A stretch of 64,000 nucleotides of DNA from an uncultured Haliea sp. (GTDB lineage Bacteria > Pseudomonadota > Gammaproteobacteria > Pseudomonadales > Halieaceae), in NCBI GenBank assembly GCA_963977485.1, contig CAXBOW010000020.1, positions 151 to 64,150 of the forward strand. The letters are read 5' to 3'. The translations under genes were made by a program, and so were the position numbers. The notes beneath the pieces were generated by a model. It was given only the letters and a program-made list of their open reading frames with translations, searched no databases and had not been told where the DNA came from. Positions 1-9,335 of the stretch are shown one piece after another. How positions within the stretch are numbered: position 1 is the stretch's first letter; the number at the start of each line of letters is the position of its first letter.

Positions 1-201
1 GTGGCAGGGTATGGCCATGGCCTCATAACCTTGTGATGTCAGCTCATTCGCAACCTGCTCACAGGCGTCAGCTTTACGGCTGGAGATAACAACTTTCGCG
101 CCCAGCCGGGCCATTTCTTCGGCAATTGAACGGCCGATGCCTTTGGTGGAACCCGTGATCAGGGCTACCTTGCCGGTCATATCAAAAAGTGGGTTATTCA
201 T
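1..201 (-). CDS. Short-chain dehydrogenase/reductase (SDR), N-terminal 67 codons only; the gene runs off the left edge
   Basis: Reverse translation from ATG (199-201) gives MNNPLFDMTGKVALITGSTKGIGRSIAEEMARLGAKVVISSRK..., which carries the TGxxxGIG Rossmann motif. It is absent from the ORF track because the window truncates it. Confidence 0.8.
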   Translation of the reverse strand, partial: MNNPLFDMTGKVALITGSTKGIGRSIAEEMARLGAKVVISSRKADACEQVANELTSQGYEAMAIPCH

Positions 202-357
202 AACTCGATCCTCATACTCAAAGCTGCAGGAGCGTGCGGGAAGAGCGTTCAGGGGATGTCAAAAACACGGATGTTTTTGACAAGCGTACAGGGACGTATT
301 CACAGCGTGCCCCTGAACGCTCTTCCCGCTCGCGCCTTCTCCAAGGTTTCGGTCTGA

Positions 358-1560
358 TCAGCGGTACTGGCGCAATTCAATCTTGGCGACAGAATCCAGA
401 TGCACCTCATCCGGGCCATCCGCCAACCGCAGTGTCCGGACCTTGGCCCAGGCTGACGCAAGGAAGGTATCCTGGCTCACACCGGCACCACCGTGTACCT
501 GAATGGCACGATCGAGCACCTTCAAAGCCATGCTCGGAGCAATCACCTTGATCATGGCGATTTCCTGACGGGCTACCTTATTACCCACGGTGTCCATCAT
601 GTGTGCAGCCTTCAGCGTCAACAGCCGCGCCTGCTCGATCTCGATACGGCTGCGGGCGATGTCCTTGCGGATAGAATCAAAACCGGACAGCGGCTTTCCG
701 AAGGCCTCGCGTTCGTTCGCGCGCTTGCACATCAGCTCCAGCGCGCGCTCAGCGACACCAATGGTGCGCATGCAGTGGTGAATGCGGCCCGGCCCAAGAC
801 GACCCTGCGCGATTTCAAAACCACGCCCCTCACCCAACAGCATATTGCTGGCAGGAACCCGCACATTTTCGTAATGCACCTCTGCATGGCCGTGAGGTGC
901 GTGATCATAGCCAAACACCGTCAGCGGGCGGACCAGTTTCACGCCGGGGGCATCCAGCGGTACCAGAATCATGGACTGCTGTTGATGTTTGGGCGCGGTC
1001 GGATCAGTCTTGCCCATTACAATGGCAATTTTTGCCGAGGTGGTCATGGCACCTGAAGACCACCATTTTTTGCCGTTAATCACATAATCATCGCCTTCGC
1101 GACGAATTTCACAGGCAATATTGGTGGCATCAGAGGACGCCACATCCGGCTCGGTCATGGAAAAACAGGAACGGATTTCGCCCGCCAGCAAAGGCTTCAG
1201 CCACTGCTCCTGCTGATCTTCATTGCCGTACCGGGCAATGGTCTCCATGTTACCGGTATCCGGTGCGGAGCAGTTGAACACTTCCGGTGCCATTTCCGAA
1301 CGGCCCATGATTTCGCAAAGATGAGCGTATTCAAAGTTGGTCAGGCCAGCCCCCAGATCGCTCTCTGGCAGGAACAGATTCCAGAGCCCCTGGGCCTTCG
1401 CCTTTACTTTCAGCTCCTCGATGATCGGAACCGGTGCCCAGCGATTCTCTGCCTGTTCAATCTGCTCGTGATGCTTGTGCTCATTGGGATAAATGTGCGC
1501 ATCCATGAACTCGTTCAGCTGCGCTTGCAGCTTTTTTGTTTTGTCAGATAACTCGTACAT
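358..1560 (-). CDS. Acyl-CoA dehydrogenase, ACAD10/ACAD11/FadE2-type clade
   Basis: 400-aa ORF with [37 protein letters not shown] and [12 protein letters not shown] recognise these blocks from the ACAD domain of ACAD10/11-like enzymes. Confidence 0.9.
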   Translation of the reverse strand: MYELSDKTKKLQAQLNEFMDAHIYPNEHKHHEQIEQAENRWAPVPIIEELKVKAKAQGLWNLFLPESDLGAGLTNFEYAHLCEIMGRSEMAPEVFNCSAPDTGNMETIARYGNEDQQEQWLKPLLAGEIRSCFSMTEPDVASSDATNIACEIRREGDDYVINGKKWWSSGAMTTSAKIAIVMGKTDPTAPKHQQQSMILVPLDAPGVKLVRPLTVFGYDHAPHGHAEVHYENVRVPASNMLLGEGRGFEIAQGRLGPGRIHHCMRTIGVAERALELMCKRANEREAFGKPLSGFDSIRKDIARSRIEIEQARLLTLKAAHMMDTVGNKVARQEIAMIKVIAPSMALKVLDRAIQVHGGAGVSQDTFLASAWAKVRTLRLADGPDEVHLDSVAKIELRQYR

Positions 1561-1635
1561 GTCGCTTCCTCTTTAATATGGGTTCGTTGACCGGCCTTTA
1601 TCGCCGCTCAGTCTTTTGTTTTTTTGCACTGAAAA

Positions 1636-2106
1636 TCAGATAGGAACGCCTTCCGGCTTGTCACTGCCGGACCGGATCCGGAACGTGCCCTCGGCGATAG
1701 CAAGCAGGTTGCCTTTGTCGTCATGCACCTCGCCGGTGCTGTTGAAAATCCGCGTACCACCGGCCCGCTTGCGACCGGCCACACGAATGGTGCCGCTGGA
1801 GCATTGGCCGGTGAACGTCGTCGTCAAAGACAGGGTGATAGCCTTGCGCATGCGCCTTGGGTAGGGGCAGTGCGTGCCAGCTTGAGCCATGGCAATATCA
1901 AGCAATGATGTAAGCACTCCGCCGTGGATGACCCCGCCCAGATTCAGATGCCTCGGCTGCAGCTTCAGCTCAATAACCGCTTCATTTTCTTCCCAGGAGG
2001 CCTGGCGGTAGCCGAGCAGGCTATGAAAACCCGGCAGCTCTGTATCGTCCAAGTAGCTGCCATCGGCATGCATGCAATCAACAGAAGAACCTTCTTGCTC
2101 ACTCAT
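1636..2106 (-). CDS. PaaI-family hotdog-fold acyl-CoA thioesterase
   Basis: 156 aa with the core LNLGGVIHGGVLTSLLDIAM. The ATG overlaps the stop of the upstream SDR (TAATG). It is a paralogue of 61666-62103; both end ...GTFR...EGVP. Confidence 0.85.
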   Translation of the reverse strand: MSEQEGSSVDCMHADGSYLDDTELPGFHSLLGYRQASWEENEAVIELKLQPRHLNLGGVIHGGVLTSLLDIAMAQAGTHCPYPRRMRKAITLSLTTTFTGQCSSGTIRVAGRKRAGGTRIFNSTGEVHDDKGNLLAIAEGTFRIRSGSDKPEGVPI

Positions 2107-2900
2107 TACACTTTCATCCCTGGCAAATTCAGAGAGGCCGTGTTGCCGCCATCCACCGGCAACGCTTGCCCGGTGATATAGCTGGCATCGTCACTGGCAA
2201 AAAACAGAATGGCCGCCGCGATTTCTTCCGGGTTGCCATAGCGACGGAGTTCGCAGCGAGCGCCCAGCTTGTGGGCTTTTTCATGGGCGCGAGCATAATC
2301 AAATATCGGTTTGGTCATGCCGGTCTCTACCAGGCCCGGACACACGGCATTCACCCGGACATTGTCGGCGCCAAGATCACATGCGGCAGTCATGGTAAGG
2401 TTAATCACGCCAGCCTTGGAGGCGCTGTAAGCGTTACCTCCTGCGCCGGACCGGATACCGGCAACCGACGCTGTGTTAATAATAGAACCGAGTTTGCGGG
2501 CCTGCATGTGGGGCGCAACATGCTTTATGAGCAACATGGTGCCAACGAGATTCACGGACAACACACTGTCCCACTCGTCGCGCTCGTTTTCTGTGACCGG
2601 CGGATGCCCTTTGCCTGTGCTCGCAATGCCCGCGACATTGCACAGGATGTCTATCTTCCCGAATTCTTTCATAGCTTCGCTGACCAGATGTTTTACCTGA
2701 GCCTCATCGGCAACGTTGACGATGCGCCGGAGATGTTCAGCGCCTGCAGGCATCATATTCCCGGTTTCAACAAGACCCGACTCGGACGTATCCGCCATGA
2801 CCACTCGGGCGCCCTCGCGGGCCAATCGCAATGCGGTTGCCCGGCCTATACCACTGCCAGCCCCGGTAACGAGTGCTACCCGGCTCTCAAAACGCCCCAT
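2106..2900 (-). CDS. SDR-family oxidoreductase
   Basis: 264 aa with VALVTGAGSGIGRA (cofactor motif) and YSASK (Yx3K catalytic pair). Confidence 0.9.
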   Translation of the reverse strand: MGRFESRVALVTGAGSGIGRATALRLAREGARVVMADTSESGLVETGNMMPAGAEHLRRIVNVADEAQVKHLVSEAMKEFGKIDILCNVAGIASTGKGHPPVTENERDEWDSVLSVNLVGTMLLIKHVAPHMQARKLGSIINTASVAGIRSGAGGNAYSASKAGVINLTMTAACDLGADNVRVNAVCPGLVETGMTKPIFDYARAHEKAHKLGARCELRRYGNPEEIAAAILFFASDDASYITGQALPVDGGNTASLNLPGMKV

Positions 2901-3058
2901 GCCGCTGCTCCTTGTATCTCAACTTTACTATTGCGAATTTTATTATTGCGTTGGCGGTTTTGCTTTCACATTAATTTGTCACGCCTTCCGCTTTTGAGTC
3001 AATATAAACGAAAGTAAATTTCACTAGTCAAAACACCATAGCAGCATAAGGCACAAAA

Positions 3059-4660
3059 ATGAAAAATAACCTGAACGACATGCCGGTGTACGCACCCACA
3101 ACCTCAAATGAACCCATGGAGGCCATCGGACACCGGATACAGACGTTTGCGTCCTCCCGCCCAAACCACCCGGCATTGGTCAGTGAGCAAGGCACGATGA
3201 GCTGGCGCACGCTTCTGGACCGGACAAACCAGATCGCCAACCGCCTCAGAGATGCCGGCCTGCAGACCGGCGACGCAGTTGCCGCGCTGTCGGAGAACAG
3301 CGCTGATTATGTTGCGCTGTATCTTGGTGTACTCACTGCAGGCGGCTGCATGGTGCCGCTGTCAGGCATGGCCAGCCCCGAAGCGCTGAACCTGATGCTG
3401 TCAGACTGCAACGCGGAATTTCTGTTTGTGTCGCAAAAAAACCATGAGCTCCTTCATAGCTTCTGGCCAGAACTGAAGGGATTGTCGGCCGATCGCATTA
3501 TTGCGCTGGATGAGGTTGGTGAAGGGATTGGCCGGCCGCTCAACGACTGGCTGGGCAATGCCTCATCGGAAGGCGCGCCCGCGGAGGTAACAATGGATGA
3601 CGCCTTTAACATCATCTACAGCTCTGGAACTACCGGCACACCGAAGGGCATCCTTCACGATTACCGCTTCCGGCAAAGGCAAATGGTGCGCATGAGCCGC
3701 TTCGGGCTTGATGGAGAAGCGATTAACTTGGTCTCTACACCACTGTACTCCAACACCACTCTGGTTTCGGTATTACCCACGCTGTTCCATGGCGGCACCC
3801 TGGTCATCATGGCAAAGTTCGACGCCCGGCGGTTTCTCGAGCTGGCCGAAAAACACCGCGTGACCCACGCGATGCTGGTACCCGTTCAGTACCAGAGGAT
3901 TCTGGCTGACCCGGAATTTGATCGATTCGATCTCTCCAGCTTCAAACTCAAACTCTGCACCAGCGCACCCCTGAGGCCGGATGTAATAGCGGATGCCATG
4001 GCGCGCTGGCCCGGCAACATACGAGAGGTTTACGGCCTGACTGAGGGCGGCATTTCGACCAGTCTTGATTGTGCCGCGCACCCGGACAAATGGAACACCG
4101 TGGGCGTACCCACCGAAGGCGCAGAAGTGCGGGTTATTGACGACGCTGGCAATGAGCTACCGCAAGGCGAAACTGGCGAACTGGTCGGCCGCGCCATTTC
4201 AATGATGCGGGGCTACGTCAACCGCCCTGAGCAGACCGTGGAAATGCTATGGAGAAGCCCTGAAGGTGATGTGTTTTATCGCAGTGGAGACATGGGGCGG
4301 ATCGATGAGGACGGCTTTATCCATATTCTCGACCGCCGTAAGGACATGATCATTTCCGGTGGATTCAACATTTACGCGGTTGATCTTGAAAAGGCACTGC
4401 TGGCGCATCCAGCGGTGGACGATGCGGCGGTTATCGGTATCCCGAGCGAACAATGGGGTGAAACACCTCTCGGCCTGGTCGTCCTCAAGCCCGGACACAA
4501 AGATTCCGGGCCAGCGATACTCGCATGGGCCAATAACAAACTGGGCAAGAGCCAGCGCATCTCTGCCATCGAATTCCGGGAGGAATTGCCCCGCTCCACC
4601 ATCGGCAAGATATTAAAACGAGAGCTGCGCGAGCCTTACTGGAAAAAAATCAGCCATTAA
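3059..4660 (+). CDS. AMP-forming acyl-CoA ligase (class I adenylate-forming enzyme)
   Basis: 533 aa with YSSGTTGTPKG, VYGLTEGG, YRSGDMGRIDEDGF and ISGGFNIY. It is divergent from the SDR operon. Confidence 0.9.
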   Translation: MKNNLNDMPVYAPTTSNEPMEAIGHRIQTFASSRPNHPALVSEQGTMSWRTLLDRTNQIANRLRDAGLQTGDAVAALSENSADYVALYLGVLTAGGCMVPLSGMASPEALNLMLSDCNAEFLFVSQKNHELLHSFWPELKGLSADRIIALDEVGEGIGRPLNDWLGNASSEGAPAEVTMDDAFNIIYSSGTTGTPKGILHDYRFRQRQMVRMSRFGLDGEAINLVSTPLYSNTTLVSVLPTLFHGGTLVIMAKFDARRFLELAEKHRVTHAMLVPVQYQRILADPEFDRFDLSSFKLKLCTSAPLRPDVIADAMARWPGNIREVYGLTEGGISTSLDCAAHPDKWNTVGVPTEGAEVRVIDDAGNELPQGETGELVGRAISMMRGYVNRPEQTVEMLWRSPEGDVFYRSGDMGRIDEDGFIHILDRRKDMIISGGFNIYAVDLEKALLAHPAVDDAAVIGIPSEQWGETPLGLVVLKPGHKDSGPAILAWANNKLGKSQRISAIEFREELPRSTIGKILKRELREPYWKKISH

Positions 4661-4908
4661 ACTGCTTTCAGCACCGTCGGAGCCTGCACGGGGATGGCCA
4701 AGGACAAATTGAAGCGCACCGTGAGCCTGCTGACTGGCGATCATTGAGCTATCCTTTTAAGTAGTTTCTGTCGTCTACGCCTAAAACATCCTATTGCAAA
4801 AGCCCGATCTTGTGTTAGATTCAGAAAACAATAGTTCACCCTGCAGTCGTCAGTTCTGCACAGTGAAACAACAAGAAGCATCATTACAACATCGAACGAG
4901 GCACAGTC

Positions 4909-5955
4909 ATGAATCTCTTTGCCAACGCACGCAAAAGTCTGACCGTTTACGCGTCAGCTCTTACCTTGGGTATTTCTGCTGCCGTGGCCGCCGCGCCTGC
5001 AGCAGCCCAGGAAACCTTCACTTGGAAAGTACAGTCTCACTGGCCAGGCGCCAGCAGCTCCTACACGGACAGCCTGGTAAGGCTGCAACGAGTTCTGGAA
5101 GAGCGTACTGACGGTCGCCTGAAGCTCAATCTTTATGAAGCCGGCGCGCTGTTCAAGGCTCAGGAAACGTTCAATGCCGTGAGCCGCGGCATCCTTGAGA
5201 TGGGCACGATTTCCCCATCCTACGCTCAGGATAAAGTCTCCCTTGCCGGCATTGCCTCGGGTCTGCCCTTTGCGTTCCGTAACGTCTGGGAAGCTGAGTA
5301 CTTTCATCAGGGCATGGGCTTTGAACAGATGCTCCGTGACGAAGCGGCCGAGCACAACGTCTACTGGGCGACCGACAAGGTGTACCCCACCGAGATGGTG
5401 ATCAAAAAGCCTATCAATAACTGGGACGATTTCACCAGCCTGAAGATTCGCTCCTCGGGTGTTCTGCAAAAGTTCCTGACCGAAGCGGGTGCTGCAGCAT
5501 CTTATATTCCTGGCAGCGAGCTATACTCGGCACTGGACTCGGGCATTGTTGACGGTGCCCATTGGGGCGCCGCTCAGGGCGCCGCCAGCATGGCTCTGTA
5601 TGAAGTGGCCAAGTACCACGTTCAACCAGCCCTGAACATTGCGGGCACAGACGTCATCATTGTCAGCATGAAGGCGCTGAACAAGTTGCCGGAAGACATG
5701 CAGCAGATCGTCAAAGACGCACTTGATGAGCAATTCTGGATTCGTACCAACGAATACCTTTACAAAGAGCGCCTTACCCTGGCAAAGGTCATCGCAGAAC
5801 AGGGTGTGCAGACAAACGTTCTGCCGGATGATGTTCAGGACAAGCTGGTAAAGGCTGCTCAGGCAATGTGGGATGAGGAAGGCGAGCGCAGCGACAACGC
5901 CAAGAAGGCGCTGGACATGCTGAAGGGCTACCTGGCCGAGCTCGGCTACCTCTGA
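4909..5955 (+). CDS. dctP: TRAP transporter substrate-binding protein (DctP family)
   Basis: 348 aa with an N-terminal signal peptide (...AAVAAAPAAAQE) and DctP-like length. It is followed by dctQ and dctM. The symbol is family-level only; the substrate is unknown. Confidence 0.85.
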   Translation: MNLFANARKSLTVYASALTLGISAAVAAAPAAAQETFTWKVQSHWPGASSSYTDSLVRLQRVLEERTDGRLKLNLYEAGALFKAQETFNAVSRGILEMGTISPSYAQDKVSLAGIASGLPFAFRNVWEAEYFHQGMGFEQMLRDEAAEHNVYWATDKVYPTEMVIKKPINNWDDFTSLKIRSSGVLQKFLTEAGAAASYIPGSELYSALDSGIVDGAHWGAAQGAASMALYEVAKYHVQPALNIAGTDVIIVSMKALNKLPEDMQQIVKDALDEQFWIRTNEYLYKERLTLAKVIAEQGVQTNVLPDDVQDKLVKAAQAMWDEEGERSDNAKKALDMLKGYLAELGYL

Positions 5956-5979
5956 GCCGCAAGATCAGATAAGTGATAC

Positions 5980-6010
5980 AGGCCGGAGTCTTTGACGTCC
6001 GGCCTTTTTA
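5980..6010 (+). terminator. Rho-independent-type hairpin between dctP and dctQ (likely intra-operon attenuator)
   Basis: aGGCCGGAgtctttgacgTCCGGCCttttta: a 7-8 bp GC stem followed by a T-run, 25 nt after the dctP stop. Confidence 0.7.
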
Positions 6011-6046
6011 TCCCATAAGAAACCCAACATCCTCCTGGAGAATGCC

Positions 6047-6592
6047 ATGAGTGTGCTGACCGCATTCATAAGCGGGGTTACCCGCCTTAATGACTTTGTC
6101 GGGCGCTGGATAGCCTTGCTCGTCTTCGCCATGTTCGCGTTTCTGTTGCTGGAGGTGGGTTTCCGCTATCTGCTGAATGCACCCACAGTCTGGACTAACG
6201 AGCTTACCCAGATGTTGTTCGGCGTTTATGCGGTTATGTCCGGAGGCTACATCATGGCTCATCGGGGCCATGTCAATGTCGACCTTCTGCACTCAAAGCT
6301 GCCCCCCCGCAAACGGGCGGCAATGGACATCTGCACCTCAGTGATATTTTTCATCTTTACCCTTGCATTGTTGTGGTTCGGAATTGATATGGCCAGCGAA
6401 TCCATCTCGAGCTGGGAGACCACCTACTCAGCCTGGAACCCGCCGGTTTGGCCAGTCAAGCTCGCCATCCCTGTCGGCACAGGGCTGCTGGCACTTCAGG
6501 GTCTGGCCAAACTCCTTGAAGACATTGCCATTGCATTCAACCTGGATTACTACCGCCCGGATCAAAGCATTTCCGAAGGAGAGCAGTCGTGA
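6047..6592 (+). CDS. dctQ: TRAP transporter small permease (DctQ family)
   Basis: 181 aa and hydrophobic (4 predicted TM segments). The stop overlaps the GTG start of dctM (GTGA). Confidence 0.85.
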   Translation: MSVLTAFISGVTRLNDFVGRWIALLVFAMFAFLLLEVGFRYLLNAPTVWTNELTQMLFGVYAVMSGGYIMAHRGHVNVDLLHSKLPPRKRAAMDICTSVIFFIFTLALLWFGIDMASESISSWETTYSAWNPPVWPVKLAIPVGTGLLALQGLAKLLEDIAIAFNLDYYRPDQSISEGEQS

Positions 6593-7899
6593 GTATTGAA
6601 ATCCTGACCTTGCTGTTTTTCGGTTCGCTGCTGTTCTTCCTGATACTGGGCTTGCCGCTAGCCTTTGTTCTCGGTGGCGTTTCGGTGATTTTCCTTTATT
6701 TCACCTGGGGATTTGATTCCTTCTATATGGTGGCCTCGCAAATCTGGGGCACCATGGGCAGCTTTACCCTGGTGGCCATACCCTTGTTTGTTTTCATGGC
6801 CATGATTCTGGAGCGAACGGGTGTCGCAAGGGATCTGTACCGGATGATGCACCTTTGGTTTGGTGGTCTTCGCGGCGGCCTGGCGATAGGAACCCTGGTT
6901 ATCTGCGCCATATTTGCCGCCATGGTTGGTATCAGTGGCGCAGCCGTGGTTGCAATGGGAACTATTGCACTGCCCTCCATGCTGGAACGGGGCTATGATC
7001 GCAAAATGGCACTGGGCGTCATCAATACCGGTGGCGGCTGGGGCATTCTGATACCGCCCAGCATCCTGATGATCCTCTACGCACTGATTACCGGTGTATC
7101 CGTAGGCCAAATGTTTGCTGCCGGCATCATGCCGGGTGTGCTGCTGATGGTTATGACCGTTATTTACATTCTCGTGCGATCTACCCTCCAGCCACATCTG
7201 GCACCGGCTCTGCCACCGGAAGAGCGCGGCACCTGGCCCGAAAAGCTCCGGACCCTGAGGGCTGTACTGCTGCCTATTGGCGTTGTTGTCATGGTGCTGG
7301 GTTCTATCATCGGTGGCATAACCACCCCAACAGAAGCCGCCGCCATGGGCGTTCTCGGCTCGCTGATTTCGGCGGCCGTTTATCGCCAGCTCAAATGGAG
7401 CATCCTGCAGGAAGCTGCCATACGCACGTTCAAGCTCACAGGCATGATCATGTGGATCCTGTTTGCCGCGCACGCATTCAGCGCGGCCTACCAGAGCATG
7501 GGTGCGCAGGAACTTATCGAAGGCATGATGCAGTACATTCCCGGTGGACCCTGGGGCATCATCATCGCGATGATGGTGATCATATTCTTCCTGGCCATGG
7601 TGCTCGACCCGGTTGGCATCATGCTGATCACCCTGCCGGTGTTTATGCCGATCGTGAAATCCCTTGGCTTCGACCCGATCTGGTTCGGCATCCTGTTCGT
7701 GATCAACATGGAGATCGGCTACAAGACGCCACCTTTCGGATTCAACCTGTTCTATCTGAAGGGCGTGGTTCCGCCGGGCATTACCATGAAGGACATATAC
7801 ACATCAGTGGTACCCTTCGTGATCATCGAGATTCTGGCCATTGCCATCATCATGGTCTTTCCGGAAATTGCCACATGGCTACCGGGCGTGTTCTTCTGA
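6589..7899 (+). CDS. dctM: TRAP transporter large permease (DctM family)
   Basis: 436 aa and polytopic, with typical DctM blocks (IPLFVFMA..., GISGAAVVAMG, PPSILMI, GYKTPPFGFNLF). Confidence 0.9.
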   Translation: MSIEILTLLFFGSLLFFLILGLPLAFVLGGVSVIFLYFTWGFDSFYMVASQIWGTMGSFTLVAIPLFVFMAMILERTGVARDLYRMMHLWFGGLRGGLAIGTLVICAIFAAMVGISGAAVVAMGTIALPSMLERGYDRKMALGVINTGGGWGILIPPSILMILYALITGVSVGQMFAAGIMPGVLLMVMTVIYILVRSTLQPHLAPALPPEERGTWPEKLRTLRAVLLPIGVVVMVLGSIIGGITTPTEAAAMGVLGSLISAAVYRQLKWSILQEAAIRTFKLTGMIMWILFAAHAFSAAYQSMGAQELIEGMMQYIPGGPWGIIIAMMVIIFFLAMVLDPVGIMLITLPVFMPIVKSLGFDPIWFGILFVINMEIGYKTPPFGFNLFYLKGVVPPGITMKDIYTSVVPFVIIEILAIAIIMVFPEIATWLPGVFF

Positions 7900-8124
7900 T
7901 CAATTACTCCGGTGGACCAAAAAGGCGGTCAGTGAATTTGGGATACCAAGCTGCCGCCTGCAACTGGAGGCATACTAATTAAACGAGCCTTTATCCGCTC
8001 CGCGATGGGCGGGGCAGAGGCCTGACATCGCTCTCCAAGACCAAGCGGGCCAGATTGCATAGAATGGCTGTTACGCCTGGAGCTTGAGAACACCCTAGCT
8101 GAAATTCGCCGATTGAGAGGCATC

Positions 8125-8862
8125 ATGAACCCGACCATAGAACTACTGAAATCCCATCGCTCCATCCGAAAATTCAAAGGCCAGGCCATTCCCCGCAAGC
8201 TGCTGGCGGAACTCATCCGTGCCGGCCAGAGTGCCGCAACCTCCAATCACGTTCAGGCCTATTCCGTGATTCACGTAGTTAATGCAGAAAACAGGAAAAA
8301 GATCGTAGCGTTAGCCGGTGGACAAACCTACATTGCTGAATGCTCGGACTTCCTTGTGTTTTGTGCCGATATGAAACGATCCACGGAAGCGGCGGAAAGG
8401 GCTGGTGCAGAGGTGGTTCGCGGCATGACTGAGCAACTCGTGGTAGCCAGCGTCGACACCGCTCTGATGGCTCAAAATGTTGCCATCGCAGCCGAATCAG
8501 TGGGCCTGGGACTCTGCTACATCGGTGGCATCCGGAATAACCCTGTCGAAATCAGCGAGATTCTCCGCCTGCCTGAGCATGTGTACCCGGTGTTCGGGAT
8601 GTGCCTGGGCTACCCGGACCAAAGCCCGGAAGTTAAACCCCGCCTGTCGTTAGAGACCATTCTCAAGGAAGACTATTATCAGGACGAACAGGACGAAGCC
8701 CAGGTAGCAGCTTTCGACAGCGCTATGAACAAGTACTATCTGGAACGCACCGGTGGCAACAAAGAAACGAACTGGTCAGAGCAGCTGAAGCCCCTGTTCA
8801 CCAGCAAACTGCGCCCACACATGAAAGACTTCCTGCAGGGTAAGGGTTTCAAGATGCAGTAA
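8125..8862 (+). CDS. nfsA: Oxygen-insensitive NADPH nitroreductase, NfsA-like
   Basis: MNPTIELLKSHRSIRKF... is collinear with E. coli NfsA as I remember it (TIEL..HRSIR.F, VDTALMAQN, YIGG.RNN, KPRLP). I chose ATG 8125, which has GAGAGG 4 nt upstream, rather than the TTG at 8113. Confidence 0.85.
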   Translation: MNPTIELLKSHRSIRKFKGQAIPRKLLAELIRAGQSAATSNHVQAYSVIHVVNAENRKKIVALAGGQTYIAECSDFLVFCADMKRSTEAAERAGAEVVRGMTEQLVVASVDTALMAQNVAIAAESVGLGLCYIGGIRNNPVEISEILRLPEHVYPVFGMCLGYPDQSPEVKPRLSLETILKEDYYQDEQDEAQVAAFDSAMNKYYLERTGGNKETNWSEQLKPLFTSKLRPHMKDFLQGKGFKMQ

Positions 8863-9335
8863 ATTACACAGGGCTGGTGTTGAATTTCCCGCTAAAAAAG
8901 CCTGGATGCCGCCGCGACCGTTTCAGCTTTTTCAGGGCCACTCGAGGCTATACGTGATGGCCCGGAGCAACGATTCCGACATTCCTGGCGACCAATGCGC
9001 AAACAAATTGAGTCGCGCCTTGGCCTGTCATTCCAGCGCAGTAATGGTTTTCACCTTCCATACTCCAGGGGTTTTACTTCCTTAGGTGCACGCCTTTGGT
9101 TCACATATCGCGATACTCGGCTGAAAGCCGGGCGTTTAGCGCCCCTAATCCAGAGCACCCTCTGCAACCCCTTTGCTTGGAGGGTGATATTTCTTGCAGC
9201 TATCCCAAACAACTTAAACACCCCTTCAAAAAACTCGAATTCCAACAATGCGTTTGAAACATGAGTATGACGAACGAGAACTCGTCCGCCGTGATCACTC
9301 GCGTGCACGCATATTAAAAAAACAAGGAACACACG

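Noticed and set aside
234-551. 105-aa + strand ORF between the partial SDR gene and the ACAD gene
   Set aside because: Most of it overlaps the ACAD 3' end on the opposite strand. The translation is Arg/Pro/Ser/Gly-rich with no recognisable features.
2166-3017. 283-aa + strand ORF (plus 2473-2700 and 2716-2997) opposite the SDR gene
   Set aside because: It is antisense shadow of a well-supported SDR gene. The translation is Arg/Gly/His-rich with no recognisable domain.
4696-4749. Short reading frame (MAKDKLKRTVSLLTGDH) in the ligase-dctP spacer
   Set aside because: It is only 17 codons, with no RBS and no recognisable similarity. It is most likely chance.
9085-9100. Sigma-54-like string GGTGCACGCCTTTGGT (and CTGCAACCCCTTTGCTT at about 9161-9177) upstream of atoE
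   Set aside because: Neither has the invariant GG-N10-GC pair in the right register (GTGCAC instead of TGGCAC, TGGT instead of TTGC). No enhancer-binding protein gene is nearby.
8995-9332. Two overlapping ORFs (89 aa + strand, 93 aa - strand) in the atoE leader
   Set aside because: They have no recognisable motifs, no convincing RBS, and they overlap each other. I treated the region as non-coding; see the leader finding.
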